From Vicugna vicugna (Eukaryota), in NCBI GenBank assembly GCA_013265495.1, contig MU058844.1, forward strand, positions 5,248,344 to 5,312,343: a DNA stretch of 64,000 nt, written 5' to 3'. Shown here piece after piece: positions 39,248 through 53,202 of the stretch (positions are counted from its first letter, which is position 1; each line of letters opens with the position of its first letter). The notes under the pieces were generated by a model. The model did no database searches. It was not told the DNA's origin and worked only from the letters and a program-made list of their open reading frames with translations. The position numbers were made by a program, and so were the translations under genes.

Positions 39248-40169
39248 CTAACAACTTACTATTTTAGCTGTAGTTCTCATTTTCAAGTGGGTTAATGAAT
39301 TGAACAGAAATATCTTATCAGATCTTTTTCCATTTCCCTTTCTTGTATGTCCGGTCTTCATTGAAATGCAATGAGATGCATGCTTGATATATGCCTAATT
39401 GGAGCTAGCGCATTTCTGACTCTTTTCAGTGAGTTTAAACAGCTTTCCTTGAAATCGGGTTGACTTTTTCTTTCTTTTTTAAAAAATTTTTTGGCATTGT
39501 TGACTCTGTTCTTAACTACTGTACTGCTTCAAAGCCTTCTTACAATCTATGTGTCAGTGACATAGAAAATGAAGTTAAGCTATGAATTTGGGAGTTTGCC
39601 ACCCTTACTTATGAGAACTGGAGAAAGCCTTCAAAAAGCCATTACTGGGAAGGAATGCTGTGAAAATGGTATATTTTAATAACCTGCTACAAGTTCACAG
39701 CTTTTGAATAGGTGACATTCAGAAAAGAAAATATTCAGAGGATAAATGAATGCCTATTATTTCACAATTATTGGCAATGATATTGTATGAATAAGCCAAG
39801 AAATTCCTTCATTTACTATGTCTGAAGTACTCATTGCTCTTTCATTTCTTTTTAGGATTTACTTCTGAATTTTAAGAAAATGAAAACATGAAATTGTTCA
39901 TGATGAACTTTTTCCATTGTAGGATAAGACAGCATGCTTCTGAATTATAGGAACTCAGAAGAGTGTTTTAATGTCTAATAGCCTGGGTATCTCAGGGGAA
40001 AACTTAAATTTTTAGAGACACTCACAGTTAAGGTTTTCTACACTGTAGACTTTATAACCTTACTGTAGTTCCACACAGGGACCATATTCTTTCTCACTTC
40101 CAGACTTCAGCATTCGTGGTCTCTTTAGTTCTGTAGATACTTTTTCCCACTCTTGAATTTAAAGTACAT

Positions 40170-40422
40170 TAAAAATTACTTCCTCTAGAAAGCTTTCCAG
40201 AGTTCTTAGATTATTATTTCTGCGTATTTTGTACTTCTATTTTACCCTGAATTTTTCTCTATTTGTTCAAATGTTTTTAACATCAGTGTCACTTCTGACG
40301 ACTTATAAGCACCATGAGGTCTGGGGACTTACTTCTTTACCCCCACAATTTCCCCTGCTGCCAACAACAGCATCTGGGAATAATGCATAAATATTTGTTG
40401 ACCAAATATTTAATGAATGAGT
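40170..40422 (+). mobile_element. L2 3' end
   Basis: Contains TTACTTCCTCTAGAAAGCTTTCC..TATAAGCACCATGAGG..ATAAATATTTGTTGA..AATGAATGA. Confidence 0.7.
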
Positions 40423-42564
40423 AACAACAAAGCAAACCTGTTGAATGTGATGACAAGGGCAGGATTCTGGAGTCCAGGCAGTTTACAGAAGAAAACAAAG
40501 TTCATACAACTAATACTAGTCACCAGTAAATTTATTATAAGAAAGCAGTTTCTTCAATTTTCAGTCCAGTTCTAATTCTACTGCAGTGTATTGCCATAAT
40601 TAATCATGATCCCCTGATTAAGTGAGTTATGGTAAACTGAGAACAAAAAGAAAGAGTTGTTTAATAAACCATTTCTTTAAAGTCGACTTTGGGGTTAATA
40701 TCTGTGATCATTTTTCCTGACTTTAGTAATTCAGGTGCGTAAAACTTGCTGCAGAACTATAACTCATTTCTTCTTATTTACATCTCTAAAGAGCGAGAAT
40801 TCTACTATCAGTGAATAATGAATCACAACAGCTGGACTTTTATAGCTGAGGAGATATATAGAGTGCTATAAATAAATCAGTATTTTTATTAGTCTGCTAT
40901 GGCCAAAGTATTTTTTCTCTTAAATTAAGCCTTAACGAATTTTGTAAGTGATCTTGGACTTCAATGAAAAGTTCATCAGCAAACTATTAAGGTATTCCTT
41001 TGTGAGGTATTAGAACAGAAAAGTAGCAGTGCTGGATGGCCTGCTTAGTAGAAAGAAAGTTATCTATTAAAGACCCAATTTGATCTCACTCTCTAATTAT
41101 GGTTTCAGAACATTTGTGACACAAGAACATAGTAACTTTTGTTATGGTAGAGGGGATGACAGTGGGTGTGAGAAGTAGAGAAATAACACAGCATTCCTCC
41201 ACATAGAGGGAAAAAAAGAAAGCATCATATCTTACATAGCCTTTTTATCACAGGTAATGCCACTTAATAAGTGTTTCCTTTAAATCTCTAACTTCTCTCA
41301 TAAAGAGGAAATAAAAAATAACAGATCAAGAGAAAAAGATCAGAAAGGATATTTCTTATTTTTCATCTCCTTGCAAAGGAAATATGTAAAAGAATTTCAT
41401 ATTTCTTAAAAGCTGCTTAACTACTTAGCTACTTAGAAAATATACTCATTTCTAAAAGAATGACTGTCTAACAGTGAATCAAATAATTTTTTTCCTCATT
41501 ACCCTCTAATTGGAATTTATTCTATAGATGGCATATGTTATTTTTATATCATAAGAATATCAAAAAGTAAATCCCAGTGTGGTACTTTTTCATACCACTT
41601 AAATTTTCTTACAAGTTATTTGATTATATACCTAAGCTACATTCATTTGATTATTGTAAATCTGTTTTATTTCACAGACAAAATTAAGACAAACAGGATT
41701 AACATCTATACACAGTGCCTTTTTCATTTTATTTAAAAACCACAGAAAGTTTTGTTAATGGCATCGAGGCAGAAAACAGATGTTACTTACAGAGTATCCA
41801 ATATTAGGTTTATCTCAAGCTTTTCTCCTGCAACTATTTTAATAAAAAGCAGTGGCTTAATTTCCACAGAATTTGTAGGAAAATGTTTCTCCTTCAGTAC
41901 TTATATACCCAGCTCTACTCTTGTTTGAAAAAATAGAATGGACTCAGGCTGGTAACAACCGCAGAATTGACTGAATTCTGATTAAACGCTATATATTTCT
42001 CAGGTTTCTATAATATTAATTTTATTTAAATTTTAATGATGACGTGATTTTTATCAAATTACTCAATTCGTTTTTTAAATAAGAAACTTTATTTTAATAA
42101 TGAAATCTTGGTTTTAATAGTGAAAGAAAATTATATTAAAAATGATTTTTTAAAAGATAACATTCTCAATAGTCAATCAGTTGTGTGTTTTTAAAATTAA
42201 CTAACCATTAGAACAAACTAACATCATGAATTTAGTTTGTTCCTAACACCTGAATTGCTTCTTGTTAGAACCCAGGGGACTTAAGCTTTCAGTCTGACAA
42301 AGTAATATGTGCCCTGTCTATCTTAACCACATCCCCATTAGCATGAGAAGAAAAGGTTACTTCAGTTAGTGTGGCAAAATGCTCACCTCTCCATGGTGTC
42401 TTGTCTATTGTGAAGGCAGGGTGAGGGTTCTGACAGTTATTTGGTCCGTTTTGTCACTCATATTTCTCTGAAGCAACATTACCGTCTGTAAAGACCTGAT
42501 CATCTAGGACTACTTTACCACTCTCCTACATAATCTTTTATAGGTGAATAGAAATACTAAACTG

Positions 42565-42730
42565 AATGTATTCGTTCCTTCAAAATAAGTTTGTGAAGAT
42601 CTGCTCTATCCTAGGCATACTGATAGAAGTATTAATGAGAACTACTTTGCTTTTTTTCTAGATGGGGAAACATATCAAATAATTACATGTAGCAATTGAA
42701 AATTATAGTATGAGCTAGCCCGTAAAGGAT
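42565..42730 (-). mobile_element. L2 3' fragment
   Basis: Contains ATTCGTTCCTTCAAAATAAGTTTGTGAAGATCTGCTCTATCCTAGGCA..TCTAGATGGGGAAACA. Confidence 0.5.
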
Positions 42731-43699
42731 GTAAGAGGGAAATGGAATTGAAAATAGCAGAGTGAAAAGGAGAGAAAAAAAGTCTATGGCTCTTTTTAAT
42801 TACGTTGACACATCAAAGTTTAAAGTGAAGTAGAACAGAAATATTTTTAAAAAAGGAAAATGGTTCTTCACTTTCCATTACCTGACAGGAAAATTGGGAA
42901 AAGGTATATTTAATTCTGCATTTGTATTGGAATTTTTTAAAAAATTGATAGAAAGAAGTACCTAAGTAAATATGGCTTTGGATTTAAAATTATTTGAACC
43001 CTGGCCTCCTCTTATTATATGGGACTTTTATTGTACTATGATAAATTCTTTTTTTACACTAAAGGCAGATACATCATTTTTGTTAAAATCTGAGTTTATG
43101 TCAGAGTTTAATGTTTCAGAAAGATTATTCATCATATATCATGTGTGGGTCTTGACCCAAATAACTAAATTTGAAAAACTGAAACTGTTGTGAGTCAAAT
43201 TGCTAGATGCAGTAAGAACATCCAGTAGTTTGTAATTTTTGTGTTTTAAAAAGAAATTCTGCACTATAATATCTTAGCTTGGTAATTGGATATTTTTTCT
43301 TTAATATAATATATATTTGCATTCTAATCCCACATGCACACTTCCCCCTAAAATGCTCTAACTCAGATGAGATTATTTAGGCCATTACATTGGATTATTT
43401 TTGAAGTTGTAGTCAAAAATCACCTGTTTGATTTTTCTTATTAGTTTAATCATCATCATCACGTCACTATCTTCCAAGCCAGTGCCTTGAAGTTATTTTA
43501 CATTATGCCTTCTACCTCAGTCTTTTTTTGATCTATTTTGTGAGTTGGCTATATGATACTATTTATTTCATATAATTTTCTGTGACATTTTCCCATTTTT
43601 TGTTTTTAATTGGTGACTTAAAAATTTCTCAACTGAAATAAACCAAGAATGTGACTAATTTTTGTGGTGACTATGAAGTAAGAACACTGTTGCAAATGT

Positions 43700-43900
43700 G
43701 CACACGTGGAAGAAACACTATAGTGGAGTTAGGAGACCATGGATTTGTAATAAAGTCTCATTTTCTGCTCCTGATTTCTTACTTATTAGCTTTATAACCT
43801 TGGACAAGTCACTGTGTATCTTGACAATATTGTGGTGAAGAGAATGTGATAATCAAGATTAATGTAAGGCATAAAGGGTTTTACAGTTCAAGGCTATAAA
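43700..43900 (+). mobile_element. MIR fragment
   Basis: Contains GTGGAAGAAACACT..GGAGTTAGGAGACC..ACTTATTAGCTTTATAACCTTGGACAAGTCAC. Confidence 0.6.
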
Positions 43901-44134
43901 CACAAAAAAGTGATTTCATATTAAATGCTTATTAAAATTCCTCAGAAAATGTTTTTATCTGGAAATAGGCAAGCAGTGGATGGCTATGATTGGTAAGAGT
44001 CACTTACATTGCCATGATGATGGCCTTCATTAATTGTAAGTTGTCCTAACCTCCATAAAAACATTTATTTTTTAAACATTGAGGGCATAGTATGTATGAG
44101 TTCCTATTTCAAAAGTTGAGCTGTGGTTTAGATC

Positions 44135-44370
44135 ACATAGAATATAATGATTAATGTCTACGACTCCAGAATCAGGCTGCTGAGATTTGAATACTGCTTT
44201 ATCACTAATAAACTTTGTAAACTTGACCAAGTTTTACTGCATGTCTCAGATCATAATCAGTAAAATCAGGGTATGGCAAGTGTCAGGGTATGGTATGTGT
44301 GATATGTTTTAAAATTGAAACAATATCTGTGATAGAGGAGGAGTCAGTAAATTTTAGCTGTAACAATTAG
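44135..44370 (+). mobile_element. MIR SINE
   Basis: Contains GACTCCAGAATCAGGCTGC..TTTGAATACTGCTTTATCACT..ACTTGACCAAGTT..TCTCAG..CAGTAAAAT. Confidence 0.65.
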
Positions 44371-45364
44371 TGTTGGTTTTGTTGTTGGTGTTATTAAAGT
44401 TTTTAAAGGACAAAAATATATACATTTGGAAATGAGCTTTGGAACTTTAGGAAGTTATATATGTTAGTTCTACATCTTATCAATTAATAAATCACATTAA
44501 AATTAATTAAATCTTTTCAAGTAATAACTGCTTATCTCATTGAATTCTAAAGAGGAGCTTATTACTTACTACTATATGACTAAATGTGAAACATTTTCCA
44601 AGTTTCAAGTGGATAATGGAGAAAGAGAAGATATTTAGAGTGTTTTATAGATCGTTGGGATTTTATCTGAAGAAATAATTCAGTATTCACTTAACTATGT
44701 CCAGAACTGAAAATATTCTGATCATTTTTGGATTTAATGAGGGCTCATTTGGTTGTACTAAATTCAACTGTATTATGAAGTAGAGTATCCTTTAAATTTC
44801 TAATTGGACAGTAGTGCAGATAATTGCCATTTAAAAGCTTATATGAATACAGAAAATGAGTATTTTATTCTAATTCCTAAGTATTCAAATCAAATTTTAT
44901 TGTATGTAGAATAGTCATTTATAAATAAATTAGACACAGCACTTTTTAATCTAAATGTTGTCTTTCCCACTTGATGTTTATTGTGTTTGAGACTGCTTTC
45001 TTGAAATGAGAATATATAACTTTATATCCAAAGAAATGTGCTTCAGATGCCATTTTCTTCTTTGTAGAAAGTTCTATATTTCTGTCTCCTATGCTAGCAA
45101 AGATAATATTGGATTGAAAACACTAAATTTATATATGTTAAAGTTTGGATTCTTTAATAAATTGAGATTTCTTTGGGGAAAGTAATGATTTTTAAAATAA
45201 TAACTATTTCAAAAAGGCTTTTCTCCTGGAAACATTAACAACTTTTTAAAAACTGTTGTTAATAGTTTCATATTGGTTTGTGAACAATTATTGAGTTTGT
45301 ATAATGAGCAGTCTACTAAGTAAAGATTAAGAGAATGAGATGGAATATCATCACACCAACATTA

Positions 45365-47310
45365 AACCATTGAGGTCCAGATGTATAGGATCTCCCCAAG
45401 GTTGAAGTTAAGATAGGAGAATTGAGAATCCCTCTTTGTTATCAGCAGCAATCCAGTACTGGGGATAGGGCAGGAGTGTACAGAGCGATCCATACAGGGA
45501 CTGCTGAGAATAGAGCAGAAACACTGAGAAAAACCTTCTAGTATCCCATTCCCAGTGTAAAACAAAAGAATATGAGTCAGCTGCTGGAGGAATCTAGAAC
45601 CTAAGGTGCGCTGAAAGGCTTAGATCAACCACAAAACACCAAATCCAACTTAGCTATTGACTTAACACCAGTAAGAATCTCCAAAAAGAAGCAGCATCAT
45701 GCCCTTTTTAGGCATACATGTTATTTACCTCATATTATACAATATTATAATATATAGTGATAAGGAATATATAAGCAAAATGTACAAAATCTTTATGGAT
45801 ACAGTTTTAAGATTTTATTAAAAATGTGAAAGAAGATATTCCTAAATATAGAGATGTACTATTCAGTTAAATAAAAAAAACCTTAATATATAGCAGATTA
45901 TAATTCTCCCTAAAATGACCTATAGACTTAGTACAGTTGATTTAAAAATGACCAATGTGTTTGACATGGCATTTCTAAAATTTCAATGCAAATGTTTAAA
46001 ACTAGCTAAGTAAAAGGGTGACTTTATGGTTACTTGGTAAGACAAAGATGGAGTTGAGCAGAGAATAAGGGACCATTTCTCTTTTTTTATTGTTGTTGCA
46101 ATTGTCTGGTGAATGCATGGGGAAAAATGAAGTTGGATCCTTACCTCACACAAAATACATTTAAAATTTTAAAGAAAATATGTAAATATGTAACTACATT
46201 AAGGGCTCAAAATACAAGAAACCATATTCATGATATTTACAAGGATTTCTTTATACAGGTTAAAAAATAAAGCAATAGAAAATAATCATAAATCATACAA
46301 CACTGACATTGCAAACTTCTATTTGTTAAAAAGCTCTTTAAGGAAAGTGAAAAGCAATGCCACAAACTCTCTTGGAACATGTTTAACTGTTGAAGAATTT
46401 GTTACTTCCCAGAATGTAAAAAGAACATTTATGAATCAACATGTAAAGAAAACAAGCGCTAGAAAAATAATGAAAAAAAATTCAAAGAAGAGGAAGCAAA
46501 ATTGCCAATAAACTTTGACAGGTATGAATATGTGTGTATGCACATCAGTATGTAATCATATGTGATATAGGATAATCAGGATAATGTAGAATAAAACCTG
46601 TGTTAAAAGAACGTGCTACTTTCTACTCACCAAATGAGCATCTTTTAGAAGGCAGATGTTGGTAACAGCAGTTATGAAATAGCAAGCACTCTAAAACTCT
46701 GTCACTGCAGATAGAGTGTTGATTAGTACAACCACTTTGGGAAACTGAATGCACTTACCTTAAAACCTAGGGACTAGACTCTTAGTTATCTGATAGAAAA
46801 AACCCTCTATACTCTGCACTGCACCAGATAATATATAATATATATGAAATGAATGTAAATGTCAGCATATTTTCTGTTTGTCTTGCTCTAAACGTGAAAC
46901 TATTTAAATATCCATTAAGAGTATGAGTAATTTGTCATTAATTCATACAATGGACTATTTTTAACAATAAAAATAAATTACAGCTACATATATAATGAGT
47001 AAAAGAAAGTCACAGAAACATACATACAGATTCCATTTACGTAAGACGCAGAAGTATGCAAAACAAAATAGATATTGTTTAGTGGTGGTTAAAAAAGGGA
47101 AAATATAATTTGTAGACATTAATGCACATCTTTACCTCTGCTGGATTGGGGGGGGGTTAGATTCATGAAGAAAAATAGTGATTTCTGAGGTGTAGCAAAC
47201 CTGGCCTGGATACCATCATATTGTTACTGTCATAAGGCTTTATTTTATCACTTTTCACAGTGTATATGCACATTTTTACATAGTCTTTGTCTGCTGCATG
47301 TTATTTTTAA
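45365..47310 (+). mobile_element. Ancient L1 fragments (L1M 5' UTR piece to about 45731, then L1ME-like ORF2 and 3' UTR)
   Basis: CATGCCCTTTTTAGGCATACATGTTATTTACCTCA is L1M 5'-region-like. Further motifs are GGAAAAATGAAGTTGGATCCTTACCTCACA, GTACAACCACTTTGGGAAAC and ATTCATACAATGGACTAT. Confidence 0.7.
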
Positions 47311-47562
47311 TTTACACTTGGTAACTTTTTCATACAATAATATATGCTTGCTTATATAAGTATTGCATAAAATATAAATTTATATACATTTAATAAATTA
47401 TACTTATTTATATATAGTGTATGAACATTTTAGCTATTAATTCACATATCACTGTGAATTTTAAAATTTTCAACTATATAGTTTAATGTAAATAAATACA
47501 CTTAGTATTAAGTAGTACTTAAATATAAAATACAATATGTCAAATAAAAGTATAAATGTATG

Positions 47563-48633
47563 TAAAACAAAAAGACAACCTATGGAATGGGAGAAAATAT
47601 TTGCAAAAGATGAGACTTGACAAGGACTAAATTGCCAGAGTATACAAACAGCTCATACAACTTAATAATAAAAAAACAAACAACCCAATACAAAAATTGT
47701 CAGAAGACCTAAACAAGCAATTCTCCAGTGAAGACATACAAGTGGCCCATAGGCATATGAAAAAATGTTCAATATCACTAACTAGCAGAGAAATGCAAAT
47801 CAAAACTACAGTGAGGTATCACTTCACACCAGTCAGAATGGCCATCATTCAAAAGTCCACAAATGACAAATGCTGGAGAGGCTGTGGAGAAAAGGGAACC
47901 CTCCTACACTACTGGTGGGAATGTAGTTTGGTGCAGCCTTTATAGAAAATAGTATGGAGATTCCTAAAGATATTAAAAATAGCCTTACTGTATGATCCAG
48001 CAGTCCCACTCCTGGGCATATATCCAGAGGGAACCTTCATCCAAGAAGATACATGCACCCTGATGTTCATAGAAGCATTATTTACAATAGCCAAGACATG
48101 GAAACAACCTCAATGTCCATCGACAGATGACTGGATAAAGAAGCTGTGGTATATTTATACGATGGAATACTACTAAGCCATAAAAAATGATAAAATGATG
48201 CCATTTGCAGCAACATGGATGGACCTGGAGATTGTCATTCTAAGTGAAGTAAGCCAGAAAGAGAAATAAGGATATCAGATGATCACTTATATGTGGAATC
48301 TCCAAAAAAAAAAATGACAAACGAGTTTATTTACAAAATAGAAAGACTCATAGACATAGAAAACAGATTTATGGTTATTGGTGGGGAAGGGAGTGGGAAG
48401 AAATAAATTAAGAGTTTGAGATTTGCAGATACTAACTAATGTATATAAAATAGATAAAAGTTCATACTGTGTAGCACTGGAAACTATATTCAATATCTTG
48501 TAGTAACATGGTGAAAAAGAATATGAAATGTATATGTGTGACTGAAGCATTATGCTGTACACCAGAAACTTACACAACATTGTAAACTGATTATTTCAAT
48601 AAATATATATAAGATAATTCCATACTTTACTAA
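47563..48633 (+). mobile_element. 5'-truncated lineage LINE-1 with target-site duplication
   Basis: ORF 47697-47945 is the ORF2 C-terminus ([34 protein letters not shown]), followed by the 3' UTR to AATAAA at 48598. The duplication is AAAAGTATAAATGT(A/T)TG at 47546-47562 and 48634-48650. Confidence 0.96.
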
Positions 48634-51600
48634 AAAAGTATAAATGTTTGAAGTTATATAAACATTCTTTTATAGTTAATTTATAGCTAATGAGTGTGTA
48701 CTAAATGCAAGGACTACTGGTATATAGGCACATAGAGTTTAATGTAAAATACAGTTGAAAACACAAAACACTTGCCTGAAATTTTAAAAATAAAAATAAT
48801 TAGATATATTTAATAAATAAGAGCATCTTAGCAAAAAGCACTTTTAACACTAGTTGTCATTTAATCATATTAATGACAAAACCATATATCCATTATTTTC
48901 TTTGAAACATCAAAGATGTCATTTTAAGAAATATTAGAGTTAATTATATATAAGTATTCATTGTAGCTTTGTGAATGTGTGATTATTCTTATTCATGTAT
49001 GGATATCTAGCATAAAATCCTCTACCATAGTCATATTTTTTTCTTTAGTGAAATAGGCTAAAAGATATAGAGTTAAAGTTTCTCCATAAAAATGAATAAA
49101 TTTGGGGCTAAAAATCTGACATGGGTTATAAAGACATTACTAGAAATGGAAGCAGAATAAATCAGATGGACTAACACATTGTTTGAGGAAACTGCTATGT
49201 GAACTCCCACAAAAAATATGTCATGCTGACTTTCATGGAGAAAATAACCTGAGCTCTGTGGGTGACAGTTTTGGGGGTGGATAGAGGAAACAATTTTCAA
49301 AATATTACGTGTTCTACCAATAAAATTGTTCTACGTGTGCTGAAGAGTTCTTCTGGATATGGTAATGTGATTTGACTGTAAAACAATGAGTATGAGAAAG
49401 AATGCACACGCACACCTACAGGATCCTTTAGTGTTATTTCCTTAGACTGAGATGTGGACAACAGTTGTTAGAAAACATATACGCTGTATGTCTGCAGTGC
49501 CATATGAGAATACTTTCAAAAGGTAAAGCTCTATGCCATTTCACTAGTGGGGAAATTAGGCTCTTCCTCTAGCGTGGCTCCCATCTGTTGTAACTGTGCA
49601 GTAGTAGCAGGACTGTGTTTACATCAAGCATGCACAGTGTAGTAACAGGAATCCAGTGATTGAATTTAGCATTTTGGTATCACTGCCAATACTTTCTGGT
49701 TGTGAAAACTTACAAAATTGCTATAAATTATGTTTAATAAGGGAGTATTTCCATGGGGTGTAATTTGCTTGAAGAAACTTTGGAACATAGCGTTATCTGT
49801 TACTCTGTGAATCTTATTTTGTAACACCACACTTTTTACCTTGTACTCTTCAATGCTCAAAGCTGTTAGAAGCCCTACTAGCAAAAGCAACTAATTGTGT
49901 TCTCTATCTACAAACCTAGTCAAGAAAGGGCAAACTAGCTTTCTCTCAGAAGTAGAAAATGATCTCCAAAAGGCAGAATCCAGCACAAAAATAGTTTTTA
50001 TTAGTGTCCTCCCCACCAACACATGCTTTTTAAATGGTTTTAATTAAAGTGGTTCTAAGGAAGAAAGCTTTATAGTTTATAAAGTATGGCAATAAGGGAT
50101 GTAAGTATTTGATACACCTTAACATAGCCTTAAAAATTAATGAACCAGACTGTAAAAGCAGCAATTGTTTAGCAGTAGAAGTATACTTAGCAGAATGCAC
50201 AACAAACCTACACACAATAGTTAACACTTGGCTTGAAAGAAGAGTAATGATTTAAATATAAAACTTACCACAGATATGCAACATTATATCTGATGGAAAG
50301 TTCCTTTCAGAAACAATTTGAAGCATAAGTGATAAAAAGTAATTTGGGGTATTAATTTGATGTATATGAGATGTTTTTACCCCTTAAGTAGAATCTTTTT
50401 AGAATTCCTTTGTTTAATCAACTAAGGATGGATACTGGTCATAGGCTAAATTTCAATATATCATACTATTATAGTTAGTATGATAATATAGATTGAATTT
50501 GGCATATATATGCATAAAATTATATAAATGTATTCCCTACATGTATGCAAATGTACACATGTATACGAAAGATAGTTCCTCTCGTACAACTAATATACAC
50601 TTCTATTTGAGACAAGTTCTTTCTAACTAAAATCTAGTACTTACTAGAAAAATAATTATTTCTAGTATGTGATCTTAAAACATTTCAGGAAGTTTTATAA
50701 TCTTGCGACCTGTGAAAAGTTCCTTTATGTATTTAAAATTGTAATCATGTAAAGCAACCTGGATGCATTCACATATAATTAATCAAAAACAGTGCATGCA
50801 ATATACTGATTTTTTTAATAAAAAGATCTATTTTTGAGCAGCACTATATCAAAATTTGAAAATTTTGAGGAGACTGAAACGTAATATACTTTTAAAAATA
50901 AAAATAATGATATTTTTCTGTAAATGATGAGCACTATGCTTAATGGATTGTTATTAAAAATTAGGGCATTCAGAGATGTGATTTGAAAAGTGGTGTGTGA
51001 GACAGAGATGAGAAACCTCTAATATTCAGTGATGAGTGCTGTGCTAATTAAACTGCACAATCAAGTAATGTCAAGGATTTAAAGATTATTATGCAGCTGC
51101 TTCAGAATGAGTGTGGAAAATGAGTGAGGATTAGCTATTGTTTACTGCGTGTTAACCCCTTTAAAACTTACATATGCTCAAGCTGAATAGTAAGCAAGCA
51201 GGAGAGTAAGAAGAAAGCACTACAGGCTAGCCCATTTTCTCCCCAGTTGGAAACCCCTCTTTCCATCTTAATCCAGTCTTCTCATTTGGTCACTTGAGAT
51301 TTTTTCTTCAGTACAAATCTACTATTTCATTAAATGTTGTGGTTGGCAATTACTCCCCAGTTTCAAATTCCAAAAATTATGGCTATTTCAAGGTACTAGT
51401 CTCCGAATCCCATTTAAGACCCAAGAGGTCACCACAAACCCACCGTACAAAATTCCTTTACAAGTATAGAGTGCAGCAAGACAAAACAGGTGCTTAGAAT
51501 ACCATTTGACTGTGATTATCTCTCTCCACTTGCGTTAGTGGCTTTAGTAAACTTTCTTTTTTTTTTATTTGGGGTGTGGCAATCCTTAATAGAGAAAACA

Positions 51601-51809
51601 TTTTTTTTAATGTAAGACAAAATTGCTTTATTATTTGCAGCCATAAAATTAGTGGTTACATTTTGCCTTAGCCATTCAAGGCTTGAACATCTTTATTATG
51701 CGTATTTATGGAAAGGTGAACTGCAGATGAAGTTGAAAATCCCCTCACATTTCTTCAGAATGACTAGATGCCAGAAATTTTAGCTGTAAACAAAGAACTT
51801 GGTTCATTA

Positions 51810-53202
51810 ATGGGTTTTTAGCTTATGACATCAAAGCAAAATCCACAGAAGAAAAAATTGACAAGCTGTTCTTTATTAATATTAAATAACTGTCTGCTCT
51901 GAGGAAGACACTGTTAAAATAATAAAACTGCAAGGCAGATACTGGTAGAAAATATTTGCAAAACACATATTTGATAACTCATATCCAACATATATAAAGA
52001 ACTCTTAATCCCCAATAAGAAAACAGCCCCATTTAAAAATGGGCAAAAGATCTGAACAGTCACTTCATCAAAGAAGACATGCAGATAGTGAACAAGCACA
52101 TGAAAAGAGGCTTAGTATCTTTTGTCATTAGGGCATTACCAATTAAAACAGCAATGAGATGCTATTAGGATGGCTAAAATCAAAAAACTTTTGAATTACT
52201 GGTGAGGATGCAACAACTGAAACTCATTCATTCCTATGGACATTTTGGAAGACTGTTCTATTGTTTCTTATGAAGCTAAACATAATTCTACAGTATAATC
52301 CAGCAGTCACGCTTCTAGAGATTTCCCCAACTGTCAAAAGGACACAGGAGCCAACTGAAATGCTCCCTATCTCCAAAGCTGAACAATTTGAACAATAAAA
52401 TAAAATAGCACTGGATTATCGCCTAAAGTTTAAAATAAATATGAGTCCATCCTGATATAAATGATTAGCTAAATGAATAAATTGAGGTGAGACAAATCTA
52501 TGCAGAAAATTACCAGACAATTTATATAGATATTCTACCCTCAAGGAGAGGAGAGTAATTTCCTGTTCCCTAAGTGTGAGTTGTGCATGACTTCATTCCA
52601 ATACAATATGACAAGACACGTTTTTAAAAAGAATAACTTTATAGTGAAGAAACTTGACTAACACTACTTCTGTCAGTTGATCAAGGTTAACATCAGCAGT
52701 GATAAGTCGTGTCTATCTTATGGACTCTTGACATAGTAAGATGAAAATGACACTTTACCCCTATGGTCTTTCATGAGAAACCCATAAACTGAGGTTAATC
52801 ACTAGAAAAAACACTAGGCAAATCCCAAATAAGGGACATTGTACAAAATACCTGACCAGTACTCCTCAAAAATGTCAAGATCATCATCAAAAACAAGAAA
52901 GTCTGAGAAGCTGTCATAATCAAGAGGAGTCTTACGAAACATGAATAATACTTGAAATGTAGTATCCTAGATGGGCTCCTAAAACCAAAAAAGAACATTA
53001 GTTAAAAACTAAAGAAATTTGAGTAAATGGTATAATGTAATGTATCAATATTGGTTGGTTCTTTAATTATGACGAGTATTCCATACTATTATAAGATTTT
53101 AAAAATAGAGAAATTAGTTGAGAGATTATATGGGAACTCTGTAAAATCCTTACAATTCTTCTATAAATCTAAAACTGTCCCAAAATATAAAGTTTATTTT
53201 AA
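51810..53202 (+). mobile_element. LINE-1 (L1MD/L1MC-like) ORF2 end and 3' UTR, internal deletion near 52332
   Basis: Contains AAAATGGGCAAAAGATCTGAACAG, CAGGAGCCAACTGAAA..CCAAAGCTGAACAATTTGA and CCTGACCAGTACTCCTCAAAA, and ends AAAGTTTATTTTAAA. Confidence 0.9.
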
